The notes under the pieces are model-generated. The model saw only the letters and a list, made by a program, of their open reading frames with translations. It did not search any database and was not told the DNA's origin. From Chrysomallon squamiferum (Eukaryota; Animalia; Mollusca), in NCBI GenBank assembly GCA_012295275.1, contig CM022669.1, positions 11,098,001 through 11,162,000 on the forward strand: DNA of 64,000 nt, written 5' to 3'. Positions 14,156 through 39,100 of the stretch are shown here, piece by piece. Position 1 is the stretch's first letter. Each line of letters starts with the position of its first letter. The translations under genes were made by a program, and so were the position numbers.

Positions 14156-14482
14156 GTCTGTCTGTCTCTCTCTCTCTCATATACTTTCCCGTTCGCTCTC
14201 TATTTTTCCATTTATTTTTATCTCTCGTTTTTGAATATATTCTATTCTATGGTATTACACAGACTTAGCAGCTAGTTTATCTATATATCTAACTGTCTGT
14301 CTATCATCTGCTTTCTGTCAGTTTCCCTTTCTGTTTGTCAGACTATTTTTCAAACTGTGACTATTTGTCTGCGTTAACATTCATACTTTAGGATGTCTTG
14401 CATGATCTTTCTCAGTGTCTCTTCTATCTGGTTGTATGTGTGTGTCTGTCTGTCATTTTTGTCTTCTCTGTTTGTCTGTCTT

Positions 14483-14568
<86 letters not shown>

Positions 14569-14826
14569 CTCCCTCCCTCCCTCCCTCCCTCCTTCCCTCT
14601 CTGTAATTAAGCAATCATTTTTTTTTTTTTTTCTCATGGAATTTCACCATGATCTTCACTTGGGGTCAGTTCGTGAGCTAACGTGTTCACTCGTGTCATT
14701 CGCAGATTGGCCGGCAGCTTTGTGACCAGTGGCTCTATCAGTACGCACTCTCTCTCCGTCTTACTCAGAAGTCGTCCACACGTTGCCCACGTCACGTCGC
14801 AGCACGCAGTCAGCACTAACACGGCA

Positions 14827-23418
<8,592 letters not shown>

Positions 23419-24040
23419 GTAGTAAATAAATAATCTGAAAAAAAACCTCCACATATTGAACAGGTAGTAATAAATAAACACTGACAGTAATAAATAAATA
23501 ATCTGAAAAAAAACCTCCACATATTGAACAGGTAGTAATAAATAAACACTGACAGTAATAAATAAATAATCTGAAAAACTTCTACATAATAAATAGACAG
23601 TAAGAAATAAATATTGATAGTAGTAAATAAATAATCTGAAAAAAACTCCACATATTGAACAGGTAGTAATAAATAAATACTGATAATAATAAATAAATAA
23701 TCTTACAAATTTTAACATACTGAACAGCTAGTAATAAATAAATACTGATAGTAATAAATAAATAACGTAAAATGTTTTTCTACATATTGAATATGCAGTA
23801 TTAAATAAGTAATCTCAAAAACTCCACACGCTGAACGGGTACTAACAAGTAAATATAAACTCCAAATCATAAATAATTATTAATTAATGAATAACAGTAA
23901 AACTCAACATATAGAAAGGATAAAATAAATAAATAACCGTTAATATAAAGGATGGATAGTAATAAATAAGTAACAAAAATCTTAACATAAAGAATGGATT
24001 GTAATAAATAAATAATAGTAAAAATTAATATAAAGAAAGG
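23419..24040. repeat. Minisatellite (~68-bp unit, decaying 3') immediately after the stop codon of paralog C
   Basis: Unit taataaataaataatctgaaaaaaaacctccacatattgaacaggtagtaataaataaacactgacag, near-perfect in the first copies and progressively degenerate. Confidence 0.85.
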
Positions 24041-24654
24041 ATAAAAAAGAAATACATTAAAATATTTTTGGCTTACTTATTTTGACTGGTTTTCGTTTTC
24101 TCTACTGTGTGTGTAAATATAGTTACGCTTTCGTTTATGACGTAAGCTACTCTAGTTACAACACTTTGGTGTTATCCAAACGTCCTGAACTTTATAAATT
24201 CACATGTTAATACAGTATTTTTAACTATAATAGTTATATCAGTGAACATTCGAGTTATCCCAGAGAAGAAACAAAGAGTTATATATTTAAAGAGACAAAC
24301 ATTCACTTTTCAAATATTTACTTTATCAAAATAATGTTCTTTCCCCCCTTTTTTTTTCATTTTTCTTTTTAATCCATTTCCAGATATATTTTATCTTTTT
24401 TTCATATATTGTTGAATAAAAATTAATTTAATAAAGCTGATTGAAACTGTTTTTTATTTTTTTATTTTATTTTTTCTTCAATTTGCATGGTGTTTGTAAA
24501 CACATTTCTTTATTATGGTTTCCTTCAATGGAGAGAGGAAGACAGAAAGAAAGTCAGCGAGAGAGAAATTTTAGAAAGAATTTCATACTCAAAGTAGTTT
24601 GTTGTTTTCATCTCAACAGACTGGCAGATATATGCGAGCAGATATCGACAATAT

Positions 24655-24738
<84 letters not shown>

Positions 24739-24779
24739 CAGACAGAAATGTTGTCACGCGTAACGGTTATTTATCTGCA

Positions 24780-24916
24780 GAAAAAGTTAGGTTAAGAAAG
24801 AATTTCAAAATGAAAGTAGACTCGGCTGTCCTTTTCTAGGAAAACACGAGACGAGGAAGACAGATAAACAAAATGTAGGACAGACCTGCGAGCGATTGTC
24901 GACATTACACTGAAAG
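24780..24916 (+). other. Candidate non-coding 5' exon of the BTB gene
   Basis: Higher-complexity, CpG-containing stretch ending in GAAAG|GTAGCG at 24916, ~880 nt upstream of the acceptor at 25797; the start coordinate is approximate. Confidence 0.35.
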
Positions 24917-25309
24917 GTAGCGTCCTTATTATTATATCTCTCTTTTCTTAACATTCTCCTTTATGTTCATCCCAGAGTCCACTTGTAAGTACACTTTATT
25001 TAGTTCTGAAGTAAAATAACAACATTTTTAAAAGAAGTTTAAATCTACGAATATTTCCATTTGTCATATTCATGTATATGTTTGTATGATCTGTTCAGTG
25101 ACGTTTTTAAAATGTTGTCGTTTGATTCACGATCTGGGCTTTTTCCAAGTGTTTATACATTATCTAATCTAGTAATAACCTAGAGATATTTGAACAATAA
25201 ACTGTGTTCACGATTTTAACTTATTATTATTATTATTACTATTATTACTATTATTATTATTATTACTTATTATTATTATTATTATTGTTGTTGTTGTTGT
25301 TGTTGTTAC

Positions 25310-25344
<35 letters not shown>

Positions 25345-25798
25345 TGTTGTTGTTGTTGGTGGTGGTCGTTGTCGTTGTGGTAATGTGGTTCAGGTGTTCG
25401 TGGTGGTAGTTTTATTGTTATTGAAACTGTGGAAATAATTAGCTCAGTCTGTTAAGGCTTATTGTTCATATCTGCCTAGTTACTTTATTTCCTGTTGTCC
25501 CATATTTTACAATAATATTTGCCTCATCCTTGTTGTATTGACAAACTTCTCTTTCAGTGGAGGTAACCGACTCCAGCTTAGTATAGGTGCCTCTAGATCA
25601 ACTCAAATACTCAATATCGCTTATCCTTTATTGATTGATAGTTTTATTTATTATTCCTATTTATTCTTCTTATTTATTTATTTATTTACTTAACTGTTTT
25701 ATTTACTTGTTTCTATAATAAAAATAAATCACATTACTTTTATTTGTTTATTTATATCAATACTATTTATTTATTTATTATTTATTTATTTATTCAGA

Positions 25799-27677
<1,879 letters not shown>

Positions 27678-27860
27678 AAGTCTTCGTTATCCCGACATAA
27701 CACAACACTTCCCAAATCAAAATTTATTTACTTCCTTTCTTAACCCTTAGTCTGTCTCGTTTGCCATATCTGTTCTTGTATGTTTATAAATACTTTCTGT
27801 GAAATATAGAAACATACATGTAACTTCTCTCTCTTCTTATTTTCCTTCTACGTCAATCCC

Positions 27861-27970
<110 letters not shown>

Positions 27971-28394
27971 CTTACTGTCTCTATCTCTTAAATTATATTT
28001 ATAAACTAACTGTATGGCGAATGCTTCTCTATACCGTTTTTTTTTTCAAAATTAAACCCCCATGATATGACCAGCATTCAACGAGATGGTCAAACAGCAA
28101 CATATAAATAACGAAGTAAATAGGAATCTATGATTTGAATTAGAAAACGTTATTTTTTTTCTTTTTAGTACAGAACACACTGACAAATTATATTCCGTTA
28201 GTGGACATATTTCAGCCCCGCATTATCTTTACGATATAATTCACAAAACTTTTAATTTTCGGCTTGTGATTCTTTGATATTTAATAATATAAATAACATT
28301 GTATGTGATTAGACGAATGACAGTAATATTAATGACTCATATAGTCTCGTATATAGTACAGTCATGTAAAAGAAAAATAATTAAAGAACGTATG

Positions 28395-28435
<41 letters not shown>

Positions 28436-29236
28436 TACTATTATTATTATTACTACTACTATTATTATTACTACTACTACTATTATCATTATTATTACTA
28501 CTACTACTATTACTACTATTATTATTATTAAATGTAGTCGTAGTAGTAGTAGTAGTAATAACAGCAGTAGTAGTACTAACATAACTTCTGTTATTCTACA
28601 TTTAATCCATGTTATTCTGAAATGATAATACAATCGATTTTATAAAATTCAGCGTATTTATTATTTTATTTGACTCATGAATAAATCAAATGTTCAGAAA
28701 AGAAAATCACTTAACATAGAAACTGGATAATTATAACAAAAGTTGATATTAATGATATATATCTTATTACTGTCATTTCTCAATGGACATTATGGCTAGT
28801 ATTATTATTGTTGTTAATAAAGCAGAAAAAAATACTAACAGTACTTTATGCGAGCATCGTTAAATAAAAGATTAAGGCTTTTTGTTGTTGTTTTTTGTTT
28901 TTTTCCACTGAGTCTAGCACTTAACATCTCATAAATACGTCACTCGCTATCATTACACATGAAGCAATGTTAAGTTTTGTTAGCAAACATCAGTATAAAA
29001 TATCTCATCTGCGAAAGGGAATAATATTGTCTGTATCGCAGGTGCTCGTACCTTTAGGAATAGCATGAGATTAATAACCAGTTCCAATCCAATCTCATTA
29101 TTTTTCTAATATTCCAAAATGCTTTAGTTTGTCCAACATATACATTTATTGATTTACATCGTTTGAAACTTGTTACTTCCAGCTCGTAATTGGCTGTTGC
29201 TATTTATCAACATGGCAAGGCATGAAATAGCTATAT

Positions 29237-29359
<123 letters not shown>

Positions 29360-30214
29360 TGTGTGTTTATTAAGAAATACTCTGGAGCTTTTATCTACTT
29401 CAGTTTAAAATCTGCACTCAGAAAATATTCGCGAACGCTCGATACAGAATGGCAATCTACACACGACCTCATAACATGTCAAATAGATGTATGTGTGTAT
29501 GTATTTACGTATGCATGCATGTATTTATTTATGTCTCAATGTATATATGTTTCTTTGTTTGGTTAGCGCCGCACACACGCACACAATTACACACACATAA
29601 ATATATATACACATATTCACATACGTGTATACACACTAATTTTTCATAACTGATAAAATATAACAGAGTTACTTTCTAGGGATATTCTCTGTAATAAACA
29701 ACTTGATACACAGACACATTGCACAAGGCAGCCTCTAAAACGATTGATTACAGTTACAACACACCATCTGTGATAAACAAATATGGAACGATCATAAAGA
29801 GATAAGTCATTATAACCACCTGTCACCAAAAACAGTTAATTTAACACGATTAACAGATTTATCCACAAACTACATTGAATTCAGCTCAGAGTATTTCCCT
29901 GATAGACGCAAACAAAAGTAAAAGTCGGCTAAACGCGGACTATTTGATGCAAGTAGAACTGTACTGTATAAGTACTGCAAATGTTTTACAGATTCTCTTG
30001 AATGGTATTGGGGGTATGTTAGGTTTTATTCTTTTGTTAAGTCTTGATAAATGTTCAGGTAAATATCGTATAAACTTTGCAGCAAAAAAAAAAGTCTCAG
30101 AAAAAAGTAACAACATAAATTGTAATACACATGTTTATGATACTGAAAATGAGATACATCATATGTCTTTATACAAGAGACTTCATAAACATACATTCAT
30201 TCACTTCACACACT

Positions 30215-30246
<32 letters not shown>

Positions 30247-30409
30247 CAGGGGGTGCAAAAGTAGGTATACAGTAATATCACATCAGTGAATTCAGTAGCA
30301 CATTAAATTAGTTGGACTCATTTTTTATATTTTATTTAAATTAACAAAAATGCATGTATTTTTATATTAGCTTTTTTGATAACTGTATACCTACTTTTGC
30401 ACCCAAGTG
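30247..30409. mobile_element. Tc1/mariner-type MITE
   Basis: TIRs cagggggtgcaaaagtaggtatacagt / actgtatacctacttttgcacccaagtg, flanked by TA. Confidence 0.8.
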
Positions 30410-30605
30410 TATATGCACACACAGATACACAAACCACACACGCACACACTTTGTATAGAGAAACACGTCACATATCAAATTTACATACACACATACACAC
30501 ATAGATACGTATATAATAATTACCTCTGTACACACACATACACATATACGCACAGAAATGCACTAAGTCCTGACGAAACAACACAAGACACAATGCATTA
30601 TGAGG

Positions 30606-31376
30606 CTAGGAATGATTATATCTGAAAAACACAACAACTGAAAACACTAACGACTTAAGGAAACAGGTCCAGTTGAGAAGGTCCAGTGATTTGGACACCA
30701 GTTTGAACCAGCCGCAAGAGCAGAACACAAAAACAAATCGAAGTCCAAAGTAAAACATCTGGAAGATCAAAGCAACGATGACGGGAGCTGTCACAGACCA
30801 GAGATACATCTTTGGCGAGCTGGATTCCGCAGGCAAACGTTTTGAAAGATCGGCGGTGGGTTTTTGCATGAGTATCACCAGGAATATTCCTGTCATCAAC
30901 ACCAACGTGACCGCTTGAGGAACGAAAGCTTTTATACCAGTTAACAAAACTCTGTCGTCTTTTGCCACTGGGAAGCATTCCTCCATTGTCGGTCCTTCGA
31001 AATCTTTATTGTCCAGTCCAAACGAAAGGACAATGTAGGAGTAAAACGAGTTGCAGACGATGGCTATCAAATAAAGTTTGTTGAATTTCTCCGTTTTATC
31101 CTTTTCACTACCGTTGATGAGATGCATCGTCTGTTTAATGCTGTGACTCACCAGGAACAGACTTGATGACGTAACACAAATCTTTAGAATGAAGAAAAAT
31201 GTGACGTAGGACGTCTGACATGCAAACACCAATGGGAATCGAGAATGCAAGTCTGCTATCAGAGGGTATAACAGAACACTGGTGGTTGGTTCAATCAGAG
31301 CTAGCGGAAACATTTCAATCAGACTGGATTTCCCCTTCATTTTCACAGCTGTGTGTGATGTCAGCGTTAAAACCAT
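30606..31376 (-). CDS. Multi-pass membrane protein, divergent rhodopsin-like GPCR/chemoreceptor candidate (256 aa ORF, ~6 hydrophobic segments)
   Basis: Non-repetitive ATG-to-TAG ORF with regularly spaced hydrophobic helices; Cys before the TM3-like segment (ACQTSYVTFFFILKICV), Cys in an ECL2-like loop (EECFP), Pro in the TM5-like segment (FVPQAVTLVLMTGIFL). No clear TM1 or DRY/NPxxY motif, so the family call is tentative. Confidence 0.6.
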   Translation of the reverse strand: MVLTLTSHTAVKMKGKSSLIEMFPLALIEPTTSVLLYPLIADLHSRFPLVFACQTSYVTFFFILKICVTSSSLFLVSHSIKQTMHLINGSEKDKTEKFNKLYLIAIVCNSFYSYIVLSFGLDNKDFEGPTMEECFPVAKDDRVLLTGIKAFVPQAVTLVLMTGIFLVILMQKPTADLSKRLPAESSSPKMYLWSVTAPVIVALIFQMFYFGLRFVFVFCSCGWFKLVSKSLDLLNWTCFLKSLVFSVVVFFRYNHS

Positions 31377-32386
31377 CTATCAAAAATGCTTCACTGAAAA
31401 TCTAGTCTGGAAAAATAAAAGAGGAAAGAAACATACAATTAATTTCCTTAACATTTATTCAGCGACATTATTTAATATATCATTTAAGACTATAAACAAA
31501 TACGATGTCAAAAGTATGATTCAGTATCTGAAGTGAAGATATTAAAATAATGAAGTGAACATAGAAAGGGTACGAATTAAGTCAAGCACTGAGTTTAGAA
31601 AAAGAGTACTATAAAGCAATGTACTGTAGTAAAAATGTGACTAAAAATATGATGTTAATACCTAGTTTTAGAAACGTACGTACGTACATACATTCACACA
31701 TACATACATTCACACATACAGACACACAGACAAACATACATACATTACCAACAGACAGACGAAAAGCAAAGAGATACATGCCGAGAAAAAAATACAAAAT
31801 GGCAGAGAAAGAAAGAGGTGAAGATACATACAGAAACAAGACACAGAAACAGATGACTGTATGTTACATAGTCTACACAGAAAAGAATACAAGATCAACG
31901 TCGTTAAATGTACAGAAAGTAGAGAGAGAGATAAGTGAAGTATAATGATAGATCAGAGTTACTAGATAATGCAAAGTTGAAGTGTAGACACGAACAAAAT
32001 TGAGGGTATAAAAAAAGAAGAAAAAAAGGGTGGTGTGCAACAGAGCGATATATTTGTCTTGAAATGAATATACTGATAGCAAGATATGAGAAGATAAAAA
32101 TACGCTCAAGTTTTGGGGTTTTTTTTAAAGTATAAGCTTCGACAAACGTTAAAGATCTAGTTACATTATTTGTGACAAGTAGTCATTTACCATTTTATCT
32201 TACCTTTTTACCTTTCTTTTTCTTCTCATTACTGTTCTTAGAATTATTATTAATTTTTATGTTTTAAATATTTAATTATTTTTATTAATAATTTCAAAAG
32301 ATGATTGTTTTTACTATTTAAATTATGTTCTTTCTTTCTTTATTTATTTATTTTTGTTTTTAATTTTTATTTATTTAGTTACGTAT

Positions 32387-32437
<51 letters not shown>

Positions 32438-33348
32438 TTATTCTAATCTTTTGACGGTATATCAAGTACATGAATTTAAAAATACACCCTATAGATGAAT
32501 AAAGCACTGAAATGTAAATAAAATGTTAAAAAATCATGTTCTGGTTAGTACCACGTTATCAGAGATTGTTACCATACAGCCTAAGAATGTAAATATATGT
32601 AAATGACTGTTTGCTTTCATCTGCAAGAAAGAGTATTTTAAAAGCAGGCACTTGAATTATTATTGTCATAATTATTAATCATAATTATTAGCAACGATGA
32701 TGGCGAAGATGATAATGCTGGTGATGATGATGATGATGATGACACCTACTGTATCAATGATTAAAAACAACAATAATTGTAAGAACAATAACCGCAAAGA
32801 GACTATGTCAATAAAAACAAGGAGATAAAACAAATAATAAATAAAATAAAACCTAATAATAAATAATTTAAACAACACGACGACACCAATAACATCAGCA
32901 AAAAAATAAAGACAACGACACACATTAAAAATTGTTTAAATGACTCGTATATAACATTATCAAGAAAAGACAAATGTTTGACGTCACGTTTTACGACCCT
33001 AAAGAGTAACAGCAACCTCGTGTGGAATTTTGTGCAAACTTTCTCGATACTCAAAAGTAAGATTGAGTGTCTGTTTGTTTAATGTTTATTTGTTTTACAT
33101 CTTTTTCAGATTAACAATATCCGACATACTTGTACTTTAAAACAGTGATACAAAAATTAATGAAATTGTTTTATTATTGCTAATGTTATCGTTGCTGCTG
33201 TTGTTCCACTTGTGGTTGTTGTAATTATTTCATATAACAGCGGTGTATACGTTTTGAAAAGAATTCGATATTTTTGTTCATCCATTTAATGCACATATTA
33301 TCATATTCGTTTACGTTAAGTGTTAAAATTTATGGCCACAAAATCAAT

Positions 33349-33454
<106 letters not shown>

Positions 33455-33889
33455 GTATTTTTATTTTTAATAACCTCTGTACTTACCGATACGTCTTAAA
33501 CAGTGTCCAGTCAACGAATAAAAATTAATACGAAAAATACAGATAATAATGTTTGTACTGTATGTTGTTCGTGTAAGTTTTATGCTAATGTAAAACGTCG
33601 TTATTTATGATTGGCTACAGTAGGTTGCGTGAATGATTACGAATGAAAAGCAGGTGAAACTGATCTTTCCTTGGTATGTGATTATTTCATCCTTTTTTTT
33701 TACCCGATTTTTCTTTAAAACTTTTTTTTTAAATTTATTTAATTTATTATTTTTTATTAATTTTTACGTTTTTTGTTTTGATATTGCGTTTCTGATTTGT
33801 TGGTGTAACAAGTGATGGATGGCGTTCAAAATAAATAAATAAATAATAATAATGAAATTCCCTTTTCTTCTTATTAAGACAAAACTGTG

Positions 33890-33926
<37 letters not shown>

Positions 33927-34529
33927 AAATTCAGAAATGTACTCGTCCGTTGAACTTCAAGCTTGAGGAAAATGCAAACAATAGATGACGACGGAGTTTG
34001 ACGAGTTCTTGCCGAACACTGTCGACCCCTGCCGACAGAGAAATACGAATCTAATTTTAGTGCACAGTGTGACTTCAGACTTAATGACATCTGTGAAAGA
34101 AAAGTTACCAGGAAATGAATTAATAAACGAGGAAAATATCGTATGAAAACATTCGCTAGCTTGAACGTTTTATGTTTTATGTTATATAGTTAGATATACG
34201 AAGACACATGCACACAAAGATTTTACAAACCGTATTATTATTATTATTATAATTATTAGTATTATTATTAGTAGTATTATTATTAGTAGTAGTATTATTA
34301 TTATCATCATCATCATCGAAGCTACTTCCGAAAACGAGTTTCAAAACTCCTTTAAAGATCGAAATAACAAAATGCAAATGATTCAAGTTACATCTGAGAA
34401 TTACATAAAAATCAGATTGATACAAAAATTACCTTTTGCTGTACACATCAGTTCGTGGTGTTGACGTCGCTGCTGCTAGTTGTTAAGGTCGTGGTTGTTG
34501 TAGTTGTTTAGGTATCTAAGTAACATTCA

Positions 34530-34664
34530 ATACCTAGTGGTAATTCAGTCAAGTTTACAAGAGTATATTAATGAAATAAATGTTCAAAAACACATTACAG
34601 GTACAAGATACATAACCGGTTTACGAAAACATTATATATGTATATTCCCACTAGATGTTCAGTG

Positions 34665-34712
<48 letters not shown>

Positions 34713-34843
34713 GTTTTTGTAAACCGGTTTGTAGATAGAATTATTTTTACTCACAACATCATAAATTCTGTACCTGTAATGCGATTATAAACATTTTTAT
34801 ATCCTTGTTACCTTGACACCTTAACTAAATTACCAATAGGTAT
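34530..34843. mobile_element. Degenerate foldback/palindromic element (MITE-like) around a (TA)n tract
   Basis: Three nested inverted-repeat pairs: atacctagtggtaattcagtcaag / cttaactaaattaccaataggtat; cattacaggtaca / tgtacctgtaatg; aaccggtttacgaaaacattatatat / atatataatgtttttgtaaaccggtt. Confidence 0.7.
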
Positions 34844-36042
34844 CCAACACACAAATACACACACATATATATTAGCATAATTATTTTTGATATTACATTT
34901 ATTATTATTATCACAATATTTGTATTATTATTATTATTATTATTATTATTGTTGTTGTTGTTGTTATTATTGTTATTGTTTTATTATTATATTAAGATAG
35001 AACTATAAACAAAGCAGAAGTTAGATTTAATTGCATACTTTAGAATGGAAAGGCAAAGTACCGAAGTTATTGTTTCTGGATAACAAAACTACAGATACCT
35101 CATTCTGGCTTAAACATAAAACTTAGTTTTTAGAATATTTACACAGCGGGCAAAACGAATCTATAGGAAATAATTATTTACTAGAACATCTCAATTAATT
35201 TACGTTTATAAACTCATAGTGAAAATCACGTATGAGCTCTGAAATGTACGGACAAACAGTTGAAATACATTCTTAACGTTTCCATATGTCTTTTCTTTCT
35301 TTTCTTTTTTATCTCACAATAATGACGTTACTGAATAAGAGCAAATAAATTCCAGAATCGAGTTAACTAAGCCAGATATAACACATTCAAATAGCTAATT
35401 TCTTGTAAAGCGATACAGAAGCATTTTTGTAACGTCCACAATGCGTTACATCACTGAATGTCAGTACCAGGATACGAACGTTATAAGCTAATTGTTATTC
35501 ATACACGTCGAGATTTCCTTTTCAATCTCTACGCTGTCTGAGATGCAGTCAGACCATACGATTAACCATAACGATTTTTTTTCGCAGTGTTTAATGGATT
35601 ATCGCCTGGTTAATATGCATAACTACCAGGTAACTACGGCAACGTAAAGCTAATAAAATTTGCCATTATGGAAACCGATAAATAAAAATAATAATTCACC
35701 ACAGAATCACTTTTCACACTTACGTTGCTTGCTGCAAGGGTAATATTTTACACGTCACATTCAGCTGGCATATTGAAAATAAAATAAGTTATACTTTACG
35801 TTATATTGGCATTAAACTCAAAATAAAGTGCATTCTGTTAACATAAAACTCAAATTACGTTTATCTGTTACGTTCTGTTGGCATAAAACTCAAAACAAAA
35901 TGCGTTGTGCGTTACGTTCTGTTGATATAACTCAAAATACGTCATACTTTGCAGTCTATTGAGCTAAAACACACAAAATAAAATACTGTTTTTATATATA
36001 TATATATATACCTTTTGTTCTACTGATATATAAAACATACAA

Positions 36043-36075
<33 letters not shown>

Positions 36076-37106
36076 TTTCCCGTTACCTCCGACAGGGAAA
36101 ATGTCTGAAAATGAAAATAAAATTTCTTATTCGTTTCTTCCCATCCTATCGTGTAATGAAAGCAACCTCTCAAGACACGCAATATGTTCTACTGATAAAA
36201 TGTTTGGATATCGAAGTAAATTACACCACGCATCAGATTAGGAACAACATATACGAAACTGAAGCCAGTATACATTACATTTCACTTCTTGTTAGGAAAA
36301 CGTGTCGAACTGAAAACAAAATACATTATACGCTATTTGTAAAGTGTACGAAGTGCAGAACAAAATATGTTACATCCCATGAATACCATTATTGGATACT
36401 CAAAGTTCAATCAGAGACAGTTTGCAATCGACTGATCTGAAAGCATAGAAATCTAATAATAATTTTCCAGTAGTGGCTTATCAAAAAATGATATATTTTG
36501 CGTATAATAATCGTTAATAATAGATCATTTTGAGTTTGTTTAAAATAGAATGCGTATTCATTCTCTCGTTCTCTTTTTCACACAGGTTACATTTACTTCA
36601 TTCAGCAAGTTAAATGTACGATAGTTAAATTTTGAGATCGAACGACATTCAGCAAAGTTTACCACTCTTTGTTTCGTGTAACCAGTCTATCGTTGTTCAA
36701 CCAGGGACATGATTCAGTCTTCACCGTAACAAATCCACATCTCTCTTACACGAATTTCTCGTGTCGAAATAATGAAAATAAATTAAGCGCTATCACTGAA
36801 TACATGAAAACAAGTAATAAAGGAAACGCGTGGTCTCTATTCTAAAGGCTTGGTAATAAAATGCAAATTAAATGCAGTGTCCATGACTACAAGATTGATC
36901 ACGAAACAGCATCATTGTAGAGAAACTTTTTCTTCTTACGTTTATGATACAAACGGCTATTTTATGCAGTAAAACTGCCGTAGTGCTTTAGAATGTAGCG
37001 ACCATAGGAGAGAAATGTACAATCTAACGGCCCCAGCCCCCAGCCCCCCCCCCGAAAAGAAAATAGAAAAGTATTTCTGTTTAGCACAGCTCTTTATGCT
37101 TTGTGG

Positions 37107-37140
<34 letters not shown>

Positions 37141-37436
37141 GGTTCTCATAATTTATTTATTTTTGATTTTTGTTTATTTTTATTTATTATTTTTGTGTGT
37201 GTCTTTAATTATTTGATTCATTTGAATTTGATAACTCCGGTATTGTTGTGTGTGTGTGTGTGTGTGTGTCTGTCTGTATGTGTGTGTGTGTGTTTCTGTG
37301 TGTGTGTGTGTGTGTGTTTGACATCCCTGATGTTGCATATATGTAAAATATATTTTTAAAAAGTAATTTTCACAAAGTTTTTAATGAATATAGTCGAATT
37401 TGTTTATTTTATTTTACTTTATTTTACTTTTTTCTC

Positions 37437-37487
<51 letters not shown>

Positions 37488-38056
37488 TATCTTATTTATT
37501 TGTTTTGTTGTTTGATATTTGTTTTGCTTTCCCAATCTTAATTAATAACAGTTTAAAAACATCTAAGAGCCGCCATTTTTTTTGAAGTTGTGACGTCATC
37601 ACGTACTTGAAAAAAATACAGCTGTCAGTCAAACGAGTAGGCGATGACGTAATAACTTCAGCCGTGAATGATAAAATAGGCAGCGTTTAAATGTTTTATT
37701 GTTTTATTAGAACTTCGTCAAATTTGATATTGAACGAAATCATGTCGCCCCGCATTTTGCTGATTTGCTAGTACCACTCAGAGTTGTTAATTTTGTTTAC
37801 TTTGTTTGCCTAGCAACGAAACGAATAAAATATAAATTTTGATCCACACATTTAGATGAAAAATAAATGGCTATTTGATTTCCATGGTTACCTCTTATAC
37901 AAATCAATAATTCTTACACCGAGATAGTATAATAGCGCTGTTGCCAGCCTCGTTTATAATTAGAAGTATAGCACAGTAACATGTTTGTTAATCCTTGATG
38001 AAAATAATTACAGAAAATAATACAGAGATATAGTACTGGTTATATCACCCAGTAAG

Positions 38057-38202
<146 letters not shown>

Positions 38203-38361
38203 ATCTTAAGTTAAAAATGAGAAAGTGAGAGATATAACGAGAGAAGAATGAAAGCTGGATTAAATCAGACAGCGAGATAGATTGAACGAAACACAGTCGG
38301 CGACAGATGAACGGAAAAGAGGGACAGACTGGCAAAAACAAGGAGCGAAAAAGAACGTGGT

Positions 38362-38482
<121 letters not shown>

Positions 38483-38810
38483 GAGAGAAAAGAAAAGGGG
38501 AAAAGAAAAAGATAACTGCTAAAAAAAAAAAAAATTGTATTAAAATCACGTCATACTCCAAATTAAATTAAGATATGCGAAAACGTCCTTTTACAGCACA
38601 AACAGACGTTTGAGCTGAATCGAGAGAGAAAAAGACATCGCTAACGAACGAGCCTTGCTGTGTGATAAGACACATTCTGTTACTTGCTCGCCGATCGATG
38701 AAAACATCGGGAAAAATGAAACGACACATCCATCCATCACACTAGTTTACGGCGGATGCTACTGAACGAAGCAAAAAACCAACAACCGATCTAACGAGCT
38801 ACACGCTTAC

Positions 38811-39100
38811 CTTTTCGTTTTGTCTTGCACTGACGAGTCGAGCGAGACCAAGCGCAGACGCCGAGATCCCGGGCAGCAGTTCGATTGTACTGACGCAACG
38901 ATCTCGAGCAGATCAGATCCGCGAGGCTTCGAAATCTCCCTCCATTGATTTGTGTCGAAACCGTAGAATCACGTGATTCCAGCGTAAGATTTTTCGATGC
39001 CTTTCTTTATTTCTCGCCAGTCGTTTTGGTTCGGTGAAAGAAACTAAAGTCTTCTAGGAATTATGCGCAAAACAGATCAGTCGGTTTAAAAGGGCCGGTG
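38811..39100 (-). promoter_or_regulatory. CpG-rich promoter / first non-coding exon of a minus-strand transcript
   Basis: CpG-dense stretch ending on the minus strand in AAAAG|GTAAGC at 38811/38810; TCACGTGA E-box at ~38969. Confidence 0.45.

Noticed and set aside
23419-23760. Regularly spaced repeats superficially like a CRISPR array
   Set aside because: Intervening sequences are themselves repeated rather than unique spacers; eukaryotic context and no cas genes.
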